Origin: Cetorhinus maximus
Lineage: Eukaryota
DNA: 64,000 bases
Assembly: GCF_964194155.1 (NCBI RefSeq)
Contig: NC_135893.1
Coordinates: 57,288,001 to 57,352,000, forward strand
Reading direction: 5' to 3'
In this document: piece after piece, positions 25,700 to 39,060 of the stretch
Layout of the letters: each line of letters opens with the position of its first letter
Numbering within the stretch: the stretch's first letter is position 1
Program-made: the position numbers and the translations under genes
Notes under the pieces: generated by a model
Databases searched by the model: none
What the model was told of the DNA's origin: nothing
The model's input: only the letters and a program-made list of their open reading frames with translations

Positions 25700-26195
25700 A
25701 TTTCAGTAGAATGATACTGGGGCCGAAAGGGTTAAATTACGAAGTAAGGCTGCAAAGATTTACTTTGCATCCCCTAGAGTTTAGAAGGCTGAAGGGAGAT
25801 TTAAACGAGTTCTTTCAAATGTTAAAAGGGTTCAAGAGGGAAAATACAGAGAAACTATTTTCTCTAGCGGAGGAATCTAGAACAAGGGGACACAATTTTA
25901 AAATTGGAGTCAGGCAATTCTGCAAAGAAATAAGGAACATTTCTTCACACAAAGCGCAGTGGAAATCTGGAACCCCCTCCCCCCATCCCCAACCTCCACC
26001 CTCCACCAGGAAAGGCTGTGGATACTGGGGGTCAATTGGAATTTTCAAGGCTGAGTTTAATAGATTTTTGTCAGGTAACGATCAAGGGATATGGAGTAAA
26101 GGCAGGGAAATGGAGTTAAGCCACTGATCTAGACACTGGTGCCAATGAATAGCAGAGCTGTCACAAGGGGCTGAATGGCCTCTTCCTGTTCTGAT
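25700..26195 (+). mobile_element. CR1 3' fragment
   Basis: KGLNYEVRL..LEFRRLKGDL..SRTRGHNFK followed by the 3'UTR. Confidence 0.85.
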
Positions 26196-27294
26196 GTTGA
26201 GTTATTTTTGCAGTGATCCCATTCTGTCACCAGAGGGTGCATTATTAAGAATTAAAATCAACAGACAATCAAAACGTTTCCGACACACCAACAAAGTCAA
26301 GGGGTTTCGTTTAACACAAATCCCATTAAATGCTGAATTACTTCATACTTGTTGGATTTCTGCTCGTGTATGTTGACAATGACTATACTGTCAACATCCC
26401 ATGTGCCTGAATTCTAACAAAGGCTTGCAAACATAAGAAATGTTTTGATTTATATTGCCCTGTGAGTACAAGAGCAGTGTCTAAATCTGATACTGCTGCG
26501 TTTATCAGATTTACAAGAGAGTGAGGTGGAGAGGAGAGAAGCAGTGAAGACACTGTGAACAGATGTGGAAATGGCTCTAGGATCCAGCAGTGCAGCAGTT
26601 ACTGCCTTGCAGTGCCCAAAGGTGGTGAGGGTAAGATTGTGTCGTGAGTATTGCACTGAATCACCATCTCAACAGCTAAGAGTTTAAATCGCACTATAGT
26701 ACCCAGAAAAATTACCATGAAAGCAAACAGATTATCAGAAAAATCCAAGCTACTCATTCTCATCCTTTGAGGAAGGAAAACTGCTATCTATGTTTACCCT
26801 CTCTGGCTTATATGTGACTCCAGTCCCAGCCCATTGTGGTTGATTCCTAACTGCCCTATGAAGCGACCTGACAAGTCATTAGATTTCACCTATATCAAAT
26901 TCTACAAAATATTGTTTCATTTTCTCATATAAAGGGGAATGTTTATTAGGAATTGTGGGATGATAAGATTAACATACAAAAAGGAGCATTTCTATTTTAA
27001 ATTTCCCATTTTTCACCTCTCAGATTTGGTTTTAATTTGACAGGACTGGACTTTGAGATTCATCAAAAGCAAAATAAAAAAAACATGAAACCAGAAACTG
27101 CCAACCACAATCACAAGTCTCCCTCCCCAATTACTTTCCAAGGCACTCTGCAATCCCACCTCTCTACACATGTCCTATTCTCCCCAAACACTTTCACTCT
27201 CTCCAAAATGCTCTCTCTCTCTTACCCTGAAGCTTCCTTTCCCTCAATCTCATTCACTCTCCCCAACACTTTGTTCCCGCTCTCCCTTAACTAG

Positions 27295-28510
27295 GTAAAC
27301 TAAAAATAATTCAAGAAGAACTAACTGGATTTTTTTGCAAACTGAAAAGTGGTGATGGAGAAACGGACAAGATTAAAGACAGACCAATCTCCAGGGTCCG
27401 TCATTTCCATCCCGAGGCATTAATAGAAGCTGGTGAATAAATTATTGATGTGTTAGGCATGATCTTCCAAACCTGTCTCAATTCAGGAATTGTCTCCTTG
27501 GGTTGGAAAACTGTGAATGTTACTCCATTATTTAAGAAGTTCAGGAGAGATAAACCAAGAAATTGTAGGCCCATTTATCAAGCATCAGTTATGAGGAAGT
27601 TACTATTATAAGGGGCTGAGTGACTGAGAATTTGGACAAACAATGGCTGGTCAGTAAAAGCCAGTGGAAAATTGTAAAGCATAAGACATATCCATCAAAC
27701 CAGGCTGAATTTTTTGGACATGGTAACCAATGTAGTAAATAGGGGAGTGTCTATAGGTGTTACTTACATGGACTTAGAGAAGACATTCACAAGGTTCCAC
27801 AGTTGAGACCGTTAACAAAAATGAGCAGGCATTGAATTGAAGGCAAGCTTTATTTTTATATATTCATTAATGAGATGTGGGTGTCGCTGGCTAGGCCATC
27901 ATTTATTGCCTAGCCATGTTGCTCTTGAGGTGGTGGTGTAGTGGTATTGTCACTGGACTAATAATCTAGAGGCCCAGGGTATTGCTCTGGGACCTGGGTT
28001 TGAATCCTGCCATAGCAGATGGTGGAATTTAAATTCAATAAAAATCTGGAATTAAAAAAAAGTAAATTAAAAAATCTAATGATGACTATGAAACCATTGC
28101 TGATTTTTGTAAAAACCCATCTGGTTCACTAATGTCCTTTAGGAAAGGAAATCTGCTGTCCTTACCTGGCCTACATGTGACTCCAGGCCCAGAGAAAAGT
28201 GGTTGACTCTTAAATGCCCTCTAAACAAGGGCAATTAGGGATGGGCAATGAAGCCCACATTCCATGAACGAATTTTAAAAATTCATTTATCAGGATGTGC
28301 TCCAGGGATCCATACTGGGACCTCAGCTTTTCACTTTGGGTGAAGCAATGGAGAGCTGTATAACTAAGTTTGCAGATGACATTAAGGTAAGTGTCATTAT
28401 AAAATGGTGTGGGTGGCAGTAGAAAGTTGTAAAGATTTATAGATAGGTGAAGAGGGTGGGCAAATTGTTCAATGTGGTAAGTGTGAGGCCACCTATTTTG
28501 AACCTAAGGT
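27295..28510 (+). mobile_element. Highly decayed CR1 RT region with nested SINE/LINE-tail insertion
   Basis: Remnants of NVTPLFKK, PQGSILGPQLF and KFADD. Confidence 0.78.
27928..28281 (+). mobile_element. tRNA-derived SINE sharing its 3' tail with the LINE at 43300-44451
   Basis: A-box TGGTGTAGTGG, B-box GGTTTGAATCC, tail GGGCAATTAGGGATGGGCAAT..GCCCACATTCCATGAACGAAT. Confidence 0.8.
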
Positions 28511-28779
28511 CGAATTTGCTTCTCTCCCAAAGATCCCCTTTTCTACCCAAATTTCCCTCTTCAACCCCAAACCTCTCCTCTCATGGCCCACATTCTCCTC
28601 GGATCTCACAATCTCCCTAACGCCCCAGCTCTTCATTTTCTCTCACTCCTCAAGTATTTTTGTCTCCTAAAATCTCAGGTACCCGAAATCTCCCTCCCTC
28701 CAATAATGTTTATCTCTTCCAACCAATTACTCCCTCTCTCTCTCTCTCCTCCAGTTATCTCCCCTCGGCCTCTGTCCCT

Positions 28780-29627
28780 CTCTCTCTCTCCCTGTACCGG
28801 TGTACTGACGGCTCTGTCTCGGCTGGTGGGGAGGGGAGTGGGGGACAGTACCTGGGTCGGGGTCCCGGCAGCGCTTTAATTTTTTATGTGAGATCAGAAG
28901 GCGTGTGGTGGGGCGGGGGGTGGGGGGGGGGGAGAGGGACGCGGGGCGGCGAGCGTCGGGAGCGGAGGACGGCGCGTTTAAATATTCATATCTCAGCCTT
29001 TTCTGCATCGGCATTCCTGGACAACTTTGGAGTAAAATCCAGGAGGGAGGGAGACGGAGCCCAGGCTTCAGCCAGAGGAGAAAGAGCTGGTCGCTCCCTT
29101 GGTACCTGGAGATGTGTGTGTGTGTGTGTGTGTGTGCGACAGGACAACCCAGTCAGTCCAGCTCCTTGGACACATCGCTGGCCGTCATCTGATCGGTTAG
29201 CAGGCACACACAACATGCTTTCAGGGCTCGGAGAGGAAGGGAGGCTTTAGGAAGCTGGGAGCTTTCAGAGCTGTGTGTGTGTGTGTGTGTGTGTGGATGG
29301 AGGTTGTGTCTCTCTTGCAATGTCAGGTTATTAATGTTTTATAAGATGCACCGAGCTGGGAGCCACCAGGAACGTGGAGACTGAAGCCGCGACTGCCCAA
29401 CTGGAGTTGGACGAAGAGCTGGGGATCCCAGGACTGACCTTGCTCCGTATCCCTGAGCTTTCCCATCTCAATATTTAGCCTTCCCCGCTCTCCCTGTTGC
29501 CGAGAAACTCCTTGAAGGATTTCTTCACCTTCCTCCTCACCCTCTCAAACACAGATGTCCCAAGGCATAGCCCCCAGATCCTGGACTGAGATCATGTTCG
29601 CGCCCTTGTCAGGAGCTGCCCTGAAAC
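28780..29627 (+). promoter_or_regulatory. Putative HS3ST2 promoter and long 5'UTR (CpG-rich, GC boxes, G-tracts, TTTAAAT at ~28977, two (GT)n tracts)
   Basis: Local CpG enrichment and GGGGCGGGG at ~28909, directly upstream of the HS3ST2 ATG; the TSS is not determined. Confidence 0.6.
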
Positions 29628-30190
29628 ATGGCATCTAGATTAGGGGTCAGAGTAGTGCCATCTTCATCCAGGGGGACTCGCAGGTTCTTCTTCATCTTCA
29701 CCCTCTCGCTCTCCTTCACCTACTTGTGTTACAGCCTCATCTTCTGCGGCGATTCGATCATGCAGAAACCCCTCAGCTTCCCCGAAGATCGAGCCTGCTA
29801 CTTGCTGCAGGCTGGGGCAGCCAAGAAACTCCTGCAGAGGTCCCAGTACTGTGCCAACGCCGAGCCCAGGGCTGCTCGCCACAGGGAGGAAGCCCGGGGG
29901 GAGCGAGTGCGGGACCCCCAGCTCCAGGCAGCCTCTCCCGGGCGGCGCCCCGCCAACAGGACAGTCACCCCGAGGGCTCCGGCTCCCCTCCCCCAGGAGC
30001 GGCAGAGGGGCAGCAACGCGACCTCCAGGCTCGGCAGTAAGCGCCTGCCCCTGGCCATCATCGTCGGGGTGAAGAAAGGAGGGACCCGGGCGGTGCTGGA
30101 GTTCATCCGCGTCCACCCCGATGTCAGGGCGCTGGGCACCGAGCCGCACTTCTTCGACAGGCACTACGAGAAGGGGCTGGAATGGTACAG
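29628..30190 (+). CDS. HS3ST2: Heparan sulfate glucosamine 3-O-sulfotransferase 2, coding exon 1 (partial CDS, phase-2 intron follows)
   Basis: Type II TM segment [20 protein letters not shown], stem region, then [51 protein letters not shown] with the 5'-PSB motif; donor AG|GTAAGG at 30190/30191; the sequence fits HS3ST2 better than other paralogs as I recall them. Confidence 0.93.
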
Positions 30191-30194
30191 GTAA

Positions 30195-30580
30195 GGGTGG
30201 GATTGGCACAGTGTGGACATAGTGTGGGTATAGTATGGACACAATATAGACATGGTATTGGCACAATATGCATAATGGACATGGTACATGCATTGTATGG
30301 TTATGGACATAATATGGACATGGTATGGCCACAATATGGGCACCATATGGACTTGGTATGGGCATGGCACATGGGTATGGGCACAGGATGGGCATTGTGT
30401 ATATATTGTGTAGGCACCATATGTGCATGGTATGTGCATGGAAATGCACAATACGTGCGTTGTATGGACATTTGGCATTGTATAGGCTTAGTATGGGCAT
30501 GGACACACTGTGGGTATGATATGAATATAGTGTGGCACTTTATGAGCACACTTGTGACATAGTATGGATGGTCTGGGTAT
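30195..30580. repeat. Degenerate ~11-bp repeat (ATATGGACATG-like) at the intron 1 start
   Basis: Recurring ATGGAC/ATGGGC motifs; source of several spurious ORFs. Confidence 0.75.
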
Positions 30581-30769
30581 ACATGCCAGCCTCAAGTCCT
30601 CATACTTCTACTTACTGAGTTAACCTCATTTAACATCTTCCATGATCTTTATCTACCTATATCTATCTATACAACCAATTTTCTATCTTTAAACTATTTT
30701 GAAAATCATTGGGAAGTTCTGCTTTTGTTAAAGGTTTAAATGAAACTGACGTGAGCAACTGTACCTGGT

Positions 30770-30966
30770 GTGTAAGATGTGTCCCAGCCCTCCAAATGTG
30801 TGATGTACACATCTCATGTACCCCTGTCCCCAGGTGTGACATGTACTCCTGTCTCCAGATGTGAGATGTACCCCATCCTATGTGTGAGATGTACCCCTAT
30901 CTCAACATGTGAGATGTACCCTTGTCTGTAGATGTGAGATGTATCCTGATTCCAGATGTGAGATGT
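30770..30966. repeat. ~26-bp tandem repeat (GATGTGAGATGTACCCC...)
   Basis: About 7 degenerate copies visible. Confidence 0.8.
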
Positions 30967-31509
30967 CGCTGGGCCTATCTTAAATTATTTTAACCTGACC
31001 ACATTTCTTCACTGCCCACTGTAGTTTGGTGTCTTCTTTTTTAAACCGTTCAATCAGAGGCTGTATGATGCACTAAAGGGTTAACATGCTTATCTCAGTA
31101 CATTCTGCATTGGGATGTGCTGGTTTCAATGTAAGAATAGGGAGCCTGCTTTTAATGGTTTGGTTCCATTCAGGCTGATCACTTACTCCCGGGATTGATG
31201 AGGAATGGGACTGAGGCAATCCTTAACTAGCCTGGGTGTTTGGGGTTGGGAAAAAAATAAAATATTTTTAATTTTTGATTTGTATCATCTTGACAATTTC
31301 TGCTGTTGTGACTCAAGGACAGAGAAGCTTTTATCATTCCTAACCCTCTCACTAATACCCTGACATATTTACTCCTAAAGAGGCACTATCTTACAAAAAG
31401 CTCTTTTTTAATTTGTGGACGCATAAAGCCATGGCAATATCAATTAGAAATTCACCATTATGTCACGATGTGACAGCATTGCGATGAAAGTGAAAAATGA
31501 CTCGAGTTC

Positions 31510-31800
31510 ATCCCTCCTTCCCTCTTTCCCCGAGCTTTTTCTTCCTCCCTCCTTCAAGCGCTCCCTCCATCCTTCCCTCCCTGCCTCCCTCCAGCTCTCT
31601 CTCCCTTCCTCTCTCCCTCTCTCCCTCCATCCCTCCCTTCCACTCACTCTCTCTCTCCCTCTCTTTCTCTCCCTCTCTACTTTCCACCCTCTCTCCTGCT
31701 CCTTTCCACCCTCCTTTACTCACTCACACCTCCTTCCCATTCTCTCTCCTTCCTGGTCACTGTCTCTCTTCCACTCCCTCTCTCATGATTCCTCTTTTCC
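31510..31800. repeat. Polypyrimidine (CT-rich) low-complexity tract
   Basis: Almost exclusively C/T on the + strand. Confidence 0.9.
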
Positions 31801-33117
31801 TTTTGACAGAATAAGGCTTGCCACATGGTGTTCATTTAAAAAAAAGGTGTATGTTTATTGAAAGATAAATTACAAATCTCCCAATCGCTAATTGGGGAAA
31901 TGGTCCTTGCAATGGAGCAATGAGCTATATAGAGCAGGAAGATCCCAGACACCAGCGTTCCTCCTGTTGAGTGAGCTGGCCTCAGCTAGTATTAGCCATA
32001 CTGACTGTAAACCAGGGAGAGGAAAATTAGCCCATTCCCCCCATGGGAAAGTGCACACAATCAGATGAGGACAGGATCAGGTTTGATTCTGATGCCCACC
32101 CCCCCATTCTCATGTTCGAATGACCTGCTGACACTCATTTCCTGGGCCCGGGTGTAAGAAATGGGCATTCAGGCAAGGTACTGTGGAGTATCCAGGGCTC
32201 AGTGGGAAGTGTACTTCCCTGCAGGAAAATGGCAGCAAAAGTAAGGGGAATAAAGCAAACAACAGGATCAGGAAATGTTCCGAGTTTGTGTCTCAGCGTC
32301 TGCTCACATTCTGTGAAATAGGTCATCCTCTCCCAGTGCACACCTAATCCAGCTAGAGAGTAGTTTTTTAAAACATATTAAAACAACAATATTAAAAAAA
32401 AACAGAGGCCATGCAGAGCAGTTCAAATCAAAATGCAAAACCCCTTTCTGTTCCTGTGCTCGATGTAACACCCTGTTGTTGCAGTTTGAATGGTGGGATT
32501 TCATTCTGCTGTCTGCACTCATAAAATAATGTACACTTGACATTACAAAAATAAAGTGGTATTTTAAGTGTATGATCATTATAGATAAAGAATCTCTTTC
32601 AGGCAACAGTTTGGTTTGACAATGAACTATGGATAACTCCTTTGCAATTTCAGGACCGAGGTGAATTATTGGGCTGAAGATACCCATTCCCCCACTGACA
32701 GTCTCAGTAATAGATTCACTGATTTGCTTCCTTACCCCACCCCACATTAAGTGAAATTAATTAAATTGTTCTCACCTCTTAATCAGGAGAGCTACAAGCG
32801 GAGACTCAGGTCCACCCAGCTCAACACTGGCACAAAATATGAGCTTTATTTTTGAATATCAACTATTACCCAGAGTATAAGTCACAAACCACGAGATAAT
32901 AGAGACTTGCTTTATTTTTCTATCACTCTCTCTTTCTAAGTCTATGTATGTGAACGTTGAAAAAGGATGAAATTAGGTTCGACTTTGATGAGCTTGTTTG
33001 TTTTTATTGTATTTGTCCCTCATCAGCCTGAGGGACAGGAACCGATGATTACTCTTTGCGTTAGTGTGAACATGAAGCACTCATCAATTAGCAAGAATTG
33101 CTAAGGTTACCTCTATT

Positions 33118-33562
33118 GACAGCTGTAGCTTAATGAGCAACACTCTCATCTTGGAGTCAGCAAGTCCCATACCAGAGACTTGAGCACATAATCCAGGCTA
33201 CACAGTGCACTGATGGAGTGCTGCACTGACAGAGGTGCCATCTTTCAGCTGGGATGATAAATTGAAGTCCTGTCTGCCCTCCCAGATGGACGTAAAAGAT
33301 CCCATGGCATTATTTCAAAGAAGAGCAGTGGAGTTCTCCCTTGTGTTCTGGCCGGTATTTATCCCTCAACTAACATCACTAAAACGGATTATCTGGTTAT
33401 TATCTAATCGCTGTTTGTGGGAGATTGCTGTGTACAAATTAGCTGCTGTATTTCCTACTTTACAACAGTGATTACACTTTAAAAAATACTTCATTGAGTC
33501 GAAGGCACTTTGGGACATCCTGAGGTTGTGAAAGACATTGTATAAGTGCAAACTCTTTCTTT
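33118..33562 (+). mobile_element. Deu-domain-type SINE (SacSINE1-like)
   Basis: GATGGACGTAAAAGATCCCATGGCA..TGTGTACAAATTAGCTGCTG..TATAAGTGCAA. Confidence 0.82.
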
Positions 33563-33964
33563 TCATAACTTTTATCATCAAAGCCCTTCCCTTTCTTACA
33601 ATCTTTTCTGACTATGGCTGCTAGCTAGACTGCCATATCTGTTTCTGTAAAGTTTCTAACTGGTTGGGGAATCTTTTAATAGTTCAATTCAATGAACAGA
33701 TCAAGCCACTTTAAAACCCTTTCACGTTTGCTGTGGCTTTTTCATAATTGTCAGTTGAATACTAAATAATTGGCTGCATTCATTCAGCCAAGCAAACTAC
33801 ATTACCTGTATTATTCAAATTCACTTTGGCCCCTCAATTCTGCCTTCCAATAAATAGATCAAAATAAGAATTGTGCAGGAATCTGTTCAGTGCTTGGGTC
33901 TTTTTAAACTGCTGGTGGGCTGGGTTTAAAGGGACACCACAAATTGACACCAAGCAAAAGTACA

Positions 33965-34140
33965 TCATATTTAGATAGACTGTAAAATTCTCTCTACACT
34001 GTCCCACCAAACACTCCCAGCACAGGTACTGCACAGGTCAGCTGCAGAGTAAAGCTCCCTCTACACTGTCCTGTCAAACACTCTTGAGACAGGCATAGCA
34101 CAGGTTAGATACAGAGTAAAGCTCCCTCCACACTGACCCA
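33965..34140. repeat. Inverted copies of the ~61-bp repeat at 5990-6280
   Basis: CTCTACACTGTCCCACCAAACACTCCCAG units. Confidence 0.78.
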
Positions 34141-34839
34141 TGGAATACTATCCTGTGTACAGTACAGAATAAGGAGTATATTACCTCTTTGCTCCAAATA
34201 CGGTGTCTGATGTTGAATTTGTTCAGTGTAAATCAGCTTTGATTGATAGGTTCATTTAGTCATTCAGATCAATTGACATCAAGCTGTAGTTCTACGACTG
34301 CTAACTGCTGGGATCAGTATTACAGGAGGATGCGGAGACGCTGAGAGCTGTTAAAGCTGTACTTTTCCAGACAGACAATCTGAGCACACAGGCAAGATCT
34401 CCAGCCCAGTCTATCCTTGATCAGCCCCACAAACGAACAAAAATTTCATTTCCAATTGTAGCACTTTGCTCTAAATGTAGATCAAGAAAAAATTTTTGAT
34501 GGGTAAAGGAGACTCTGCTCCACAATATATCAAACAGCAAACCCCCAAAAATGAGAAGCGTGCATATTGTAAACTGTGCACTCCAGGGAAAGGCCCAGTC
34601 CCACAGTGCACCAGGGGAATGGCCCAATTTTACAGGGCAGGGCACCAGGAAAATTTCCAGAGTAGACTAATCAGCAAGTAGTGCTTAGTTTAGCAAATAT
34701 GCAGCGCGTCTAGAAGTAGGCACCACATGTTCTCACAGTCCCTCATTGCTTTGGTATCAATTCTGTCAATCACTCTTTCCCTCTTCAAGCAGGATAAGGT
34801 TAGGGAAGAGATGCAGTGGTGGGATACTGTGTGGAAGGA

Positions 34840-35100
34840 GGGCAGGTGGATTTAAAAGATGGAGAAGGTGGATGGATACGATTGAGGGATGGAGAAGGTG
34901 GGTAGGTGAGGTTGAGGAATGGAGGAGGTGGGTAGATGGAATTGAGAGACGGAGGAGGTGGGTAGATGGAATTGAAGGATGGAGGAGGTGGGTAGGTGGA
35001 GTTGAGGGATGGAGGAGGTGGGTAGGTGGAGTTGAGGGATGAAGGAAGTGGGTAGGTGGAGTTGAAGGATGGAGGAGGTGGAATTGAGGAATGCAGGAAA
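34840..35100. repeat. 30-bp purine-rich tandem repeat GATGGAGGAGGTGGGTAGGTGGAGTTGAGG
   Basis: About 8 copies. Confidence 0.9.
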
Positions 35101-35789
35101 TGAGTATTTAGAGTTGTCTACAAGAAAGGATGGGTTTGTAGAGTCTCATGGTCATTTCCTTTCCTAAAAGTTCTTGATCTAAAACACGACCTGGAGGCAC
35201 AAGGATGGCGTGAGTGTTGGCAGGGGTCCGTGTTTAATATGTTGCATTGATATGGAGCAAGTGATTTGGTGAACATTCTGTCACCAACACTCTATGGAAA
35301 CATACTTGATGTCTCTTGCACTAGAATTCATTCAAGTCTGAAAAATAAAGAAGTGGATCATCTTTACAAATCTACAACTCACTGACTCTGCAAATCAGAT
35401 TCAAACATTAAGCACTGACTTCCAACATGATAATTAACATTTAATAAAAGCAGCATTTTGGCGTATTGCTGATGCGTACAAGAGAACACATCCTTCCCCC
35501 TCTTCTCTCCCAAGGGTGCTGACTCTGGCTAGTGAACCGTTCCATGGGTATTGGCTGCCCTGCTTTATTTCATCCAAGTGACCATTCCTCTCATGTCAGT
35601 GCAGTTACATTGTTGCCAGATCTATTCAACCAGGAATGCCTCACAGTCTAGTCTGCACCACACATGCAATTTCCAGCAGCCTTCACTGGTTAGAGAACGG
35701 GTGCTAGGGTACTGAGATCTCTGCTCAAGAAGCTAATAACTACACTGCCCTTGAAGAGACCAGGGACTGCAGTTCTGTCATCTCCCGCC

Positions 35790-36435
35790 AGGCCACAATC
35801 TGGATTAGGTGGGTCAGGTTGGGAGTGGCGCAGGCAAGGCCAAGAATTACAGAAATTAGCTAACTGGTGTGCCAGTTTCCTGGCTCCATCCCACTTCTGG
35901 GCCATTTATGAGGGAGCTGAATTGGGGGCGGCAGGCTAGCCAATCAGGCTTATTAATGGCTCAGTTGAGGGCAAGTAAGGGACCCGACTGGAATATTCCA
36001 GTCAGCCTCCAGGTTCCTGGAGCTGGCAGGAGCCAGTTTAGGTGCCCAGAGGTAGGCGAGAGGCTCTCCCTGCCTGTCAGGCTGTAAGACCAGCCACAGG
36101 CCATCCTGTAGAGGCATTTCCCAAAGCCACCTCCCCACAGTGGTGGCCTGGTTGCTGAATCTATTTTTTAATTAAAGATTTTAAAAAGTTTGAGAGAGGG
36201 AATCTCTGTGTTGAAGTGCCCTCCCTTTTACTTGCCTTCCAAAACAGGCTGTTGCTTCTTCCAAATTGGCCCTCATGCCTGCCCACTACTTCATTCAATG
36301 GAGAACCTCTATGCCAATTAAAGGGGCATCCCCGTGAAAACCCCAAAGAGTGACCATTGCCCCCCCAGGGGTGATGTTCAGAACCCATAACAGCCCCAAC
36401 CTCTATTACCCTCCTCTGGAGGGAAACTCCAGCCC
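35790..36435. mobile_element. Decayed Harbinger-type MITE
   Basis: Right TIR-like AAACTCCAGCCC; composition resembles the other MITEs; left end uncertain. Confidence 0.5.
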
Positions 36436-36984
36436 CAGCTGTCTCAGCTCAGACCGAGGATCAAACACGGCCTATGTTTCTTGTTGATGGTGTTTCAAGG
36501 TAAGAGAGTATTTCAAATTCCTTAACAAAATACCATGAGATCTGGGTTACATAAATAGATTATAGCAGGATATCTATTCCACTTGTAAAACAGACCTATG
36601 TGACTTCAAATTTGTTGCTTGCAATTGACAAGATTCTTTCATGTGTGAATGAAACAATGCATTCACTGCCTCCCACTCAGCGTGCGTTTTGTACTGAGTT
36701 TGATTTCAATCGTCCTCTTTGTCCTAATGCTATAATTGGCACCCTAAGGTGGCCAATTTACCTCAGCTTTCATGACACGTGATCCAGTTTGTTCTACTAA
36801 TTGGGAGACATTTCACTGAACCATTTGGACCATTTAATCACTGAAATAATTTCCCTAACTCATTGATCCCCCAGAATATCTGATATGGTATACCGGTTAT
36901 TTTGGTTCAGTTTTTGTTTAATAAAGTTTATATAACCATCTCTGCCTGTTAAACCCTCCTTCAGCTTCCCGGTTGAAAGGCCAG

Positions 36985-37215
36985 TGAAGCCACTCCCAGG
37001 CCTCTGCACCCATTCCCACGCTTCTGCATGACTGTATGCACTCCTAAGCATCCATATCCACTCCTCAGCATCCCTAACCACTCCCAGGCCTCTGCACCCA
37101 CTCCCAGGCCTCCATAGCCACTGCCAGACCTCTGTTCCCAGTTCAAAACCTCTGCGTTGACTCCTAAACCTCTGTACCTCTTCCAGGACTCTGCCATCTA
37201 CTCCTAGGCCTTCAT
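36985..37215. repeat. Degenerate ~20-bp repeat CACTCCCAGGCCTCTGCACC
   Basis: Direct inspection. Confidence 0.75.
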
Positions 37216-37839
37216 ACTAATTATTTCAAAATATGGTATCAGAGCCCCAAAAACCCAATAGCTCAAATCCTAAATATAAATATAGACCCTTTGACACGTG
37301 ACAACATGGATTTAGACTGAAAATGCAGCCGGACACATGTCAGCGATACCGCTCACCCCGCCCACCACCCCCCTGCCACTCCCACCCCCCGCCACTCCCC
37401 CCACCTCGTACGTTCCATCACTGTTACTGCACAAAGGTTCCAGTGTGGACAACAACCCAGGTTGCAGATGTGTGGAATTTAGAAACAACTTAAGGGTTGA
37501 GATTCATTTTTCCATGGATCGCATGCCCCCCACCATCCCCCATCCTCCAGAGCTAGATTTTTGAACCTACATCGTGTATTTTCTTGCAAGGTTCTGTCTT
37601 GTTAATTTTGCTTTTCAGACTAAGAATTCTTTCTCCTGGAAGGACACAGAGAATTGGAATATGAAATTACAAGGAGAGGCTTTAACCCAGTCCAGGTTGA
37701 TGTCACAGGACCTTGTTTTTCAAATTATAAGGGGGCCTATCGCTTGAAACTGGTGGGCACTTTTCACACCCGGACTTGGGACCATTTTAAAACGGCGCGG
37801 ATACTATTAGGGTTAAAGCTACAAACTTTAATGGGGGTC

Positions 37840-38410
37840 CCATTAAACCCCCACTCTGTTAATCCCTCCATCTTCTTACCTCCCAACCCCTTTAATCCCT
37901 AACCCTGTTAACCCTAAACTTATTAATATAGCCCAATCCCCATTAAAACACTCACCTCTTTAAACTCAGCTGCCCCTTTAAAGTCTCACTCCTGTTAACC
38001 CTCCACCTCATTAACTCTTCCACCCCTGTTCACCCCCATCCTTCCAATAACCCCGCCGTGTCAACTCCTCCACCCCATTACCCTCCCCATCCTGTTATCC
38101 CCCATTTGCCGTTAACCTTGCCACTTCATTAAACTCCACCTACTGTTAATCCCCATTCCCATTAACCCCTTCACTGCCATAAACCCCACACCTCATGACA
38201 TCCCACACCTCATGTTAACTTCTCCACCCCATTAAGCCGACCTCCAATTAGCACCCCCTTCCCAATAACCGCCATCCCCATTATCCACTCTCTTCTGTTA
38301 ACCCCCCACTCCCGTTAACCCCTCCAACTGGTTAACCCCCGACACCTCAAATTAATCCCTCCACCCCCCCCCCCCCGCCCCTTTATGCCAATCCCTGTTA
38401 ACCCCAGCTC
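37840..38410. repeat. Degenerate C-rich GTTAACCCC repeat
   Basis: Recurring (G/A)TTAACCC motif about every 20 bp. Confidence 0.75.
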
Positions 38411-39060
38411 GAGGAAGTGAAAATCACCTAAACAGCCCTCAGACGGATGAAGAGTTGTATCATTTAACAGGTTTTGTTAATGTGGATATTGTGGTAACTT
38501 AGTGGGTCAAACTATTTCCCACTTCCAGTGATTATGTACATTTCTGCTATGAATGAACACATTGGTTTGTGATTCCTTGAAGAATTCCTCCCGCACAATT
38601 ATAAATTTTTTCACACTTAGAACATATAGACTACTGTGATAATTACAGTACTGCTTCTTGCAATGTGAAAATGATCAACAAGTGACAGTCTTACTCTGTG
38701 CAGTATTTGCTCAGTACTGTATTCAGTCTGTAGTCAGAGGGAACCAGAGACATAACTGCTTCAGAACTGGCTCTGTTTTGATTGGTTCCCCTTTCTTTGC
38801 ATATGGAACTGTCTCTGACCGTGGTTATTTTTCCATGTTACATTCAATCAGAACCACACTAAGGCATCAACACAGGTAGAAGCCCTAAAAGCTCTATTAG
38901 TCCAGTACCATAAGCACTATACTACCATACCATTTGATTCACTTCCATTATACAGAAGCCCAATGGATCAGATCCCTTGCCATTCATTCCCACTGTATAA
39001 AATCCCAATGGATCAAACCTCTTTCCATTCACTCTCATTGTATAGAATCCCAAAATAAAA

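Noticed and set aside
27928-28015. tRNA gene
   Set aside because: A and B boxes are present but continue into a SINE body and LINE-type tail; no cloverleaf
28660-29250. 196-aa ORF upstream of HS3ST2
   Set aside because: Non-ATG start, GC-rich promoter and (GT)n sequence, no recognisable domain
29664-30506. 280-aa minus-strand ORF
   Set aside because: Antisense shadow of the GC-rich HS3ST2 exon plus a low-complexity repeat
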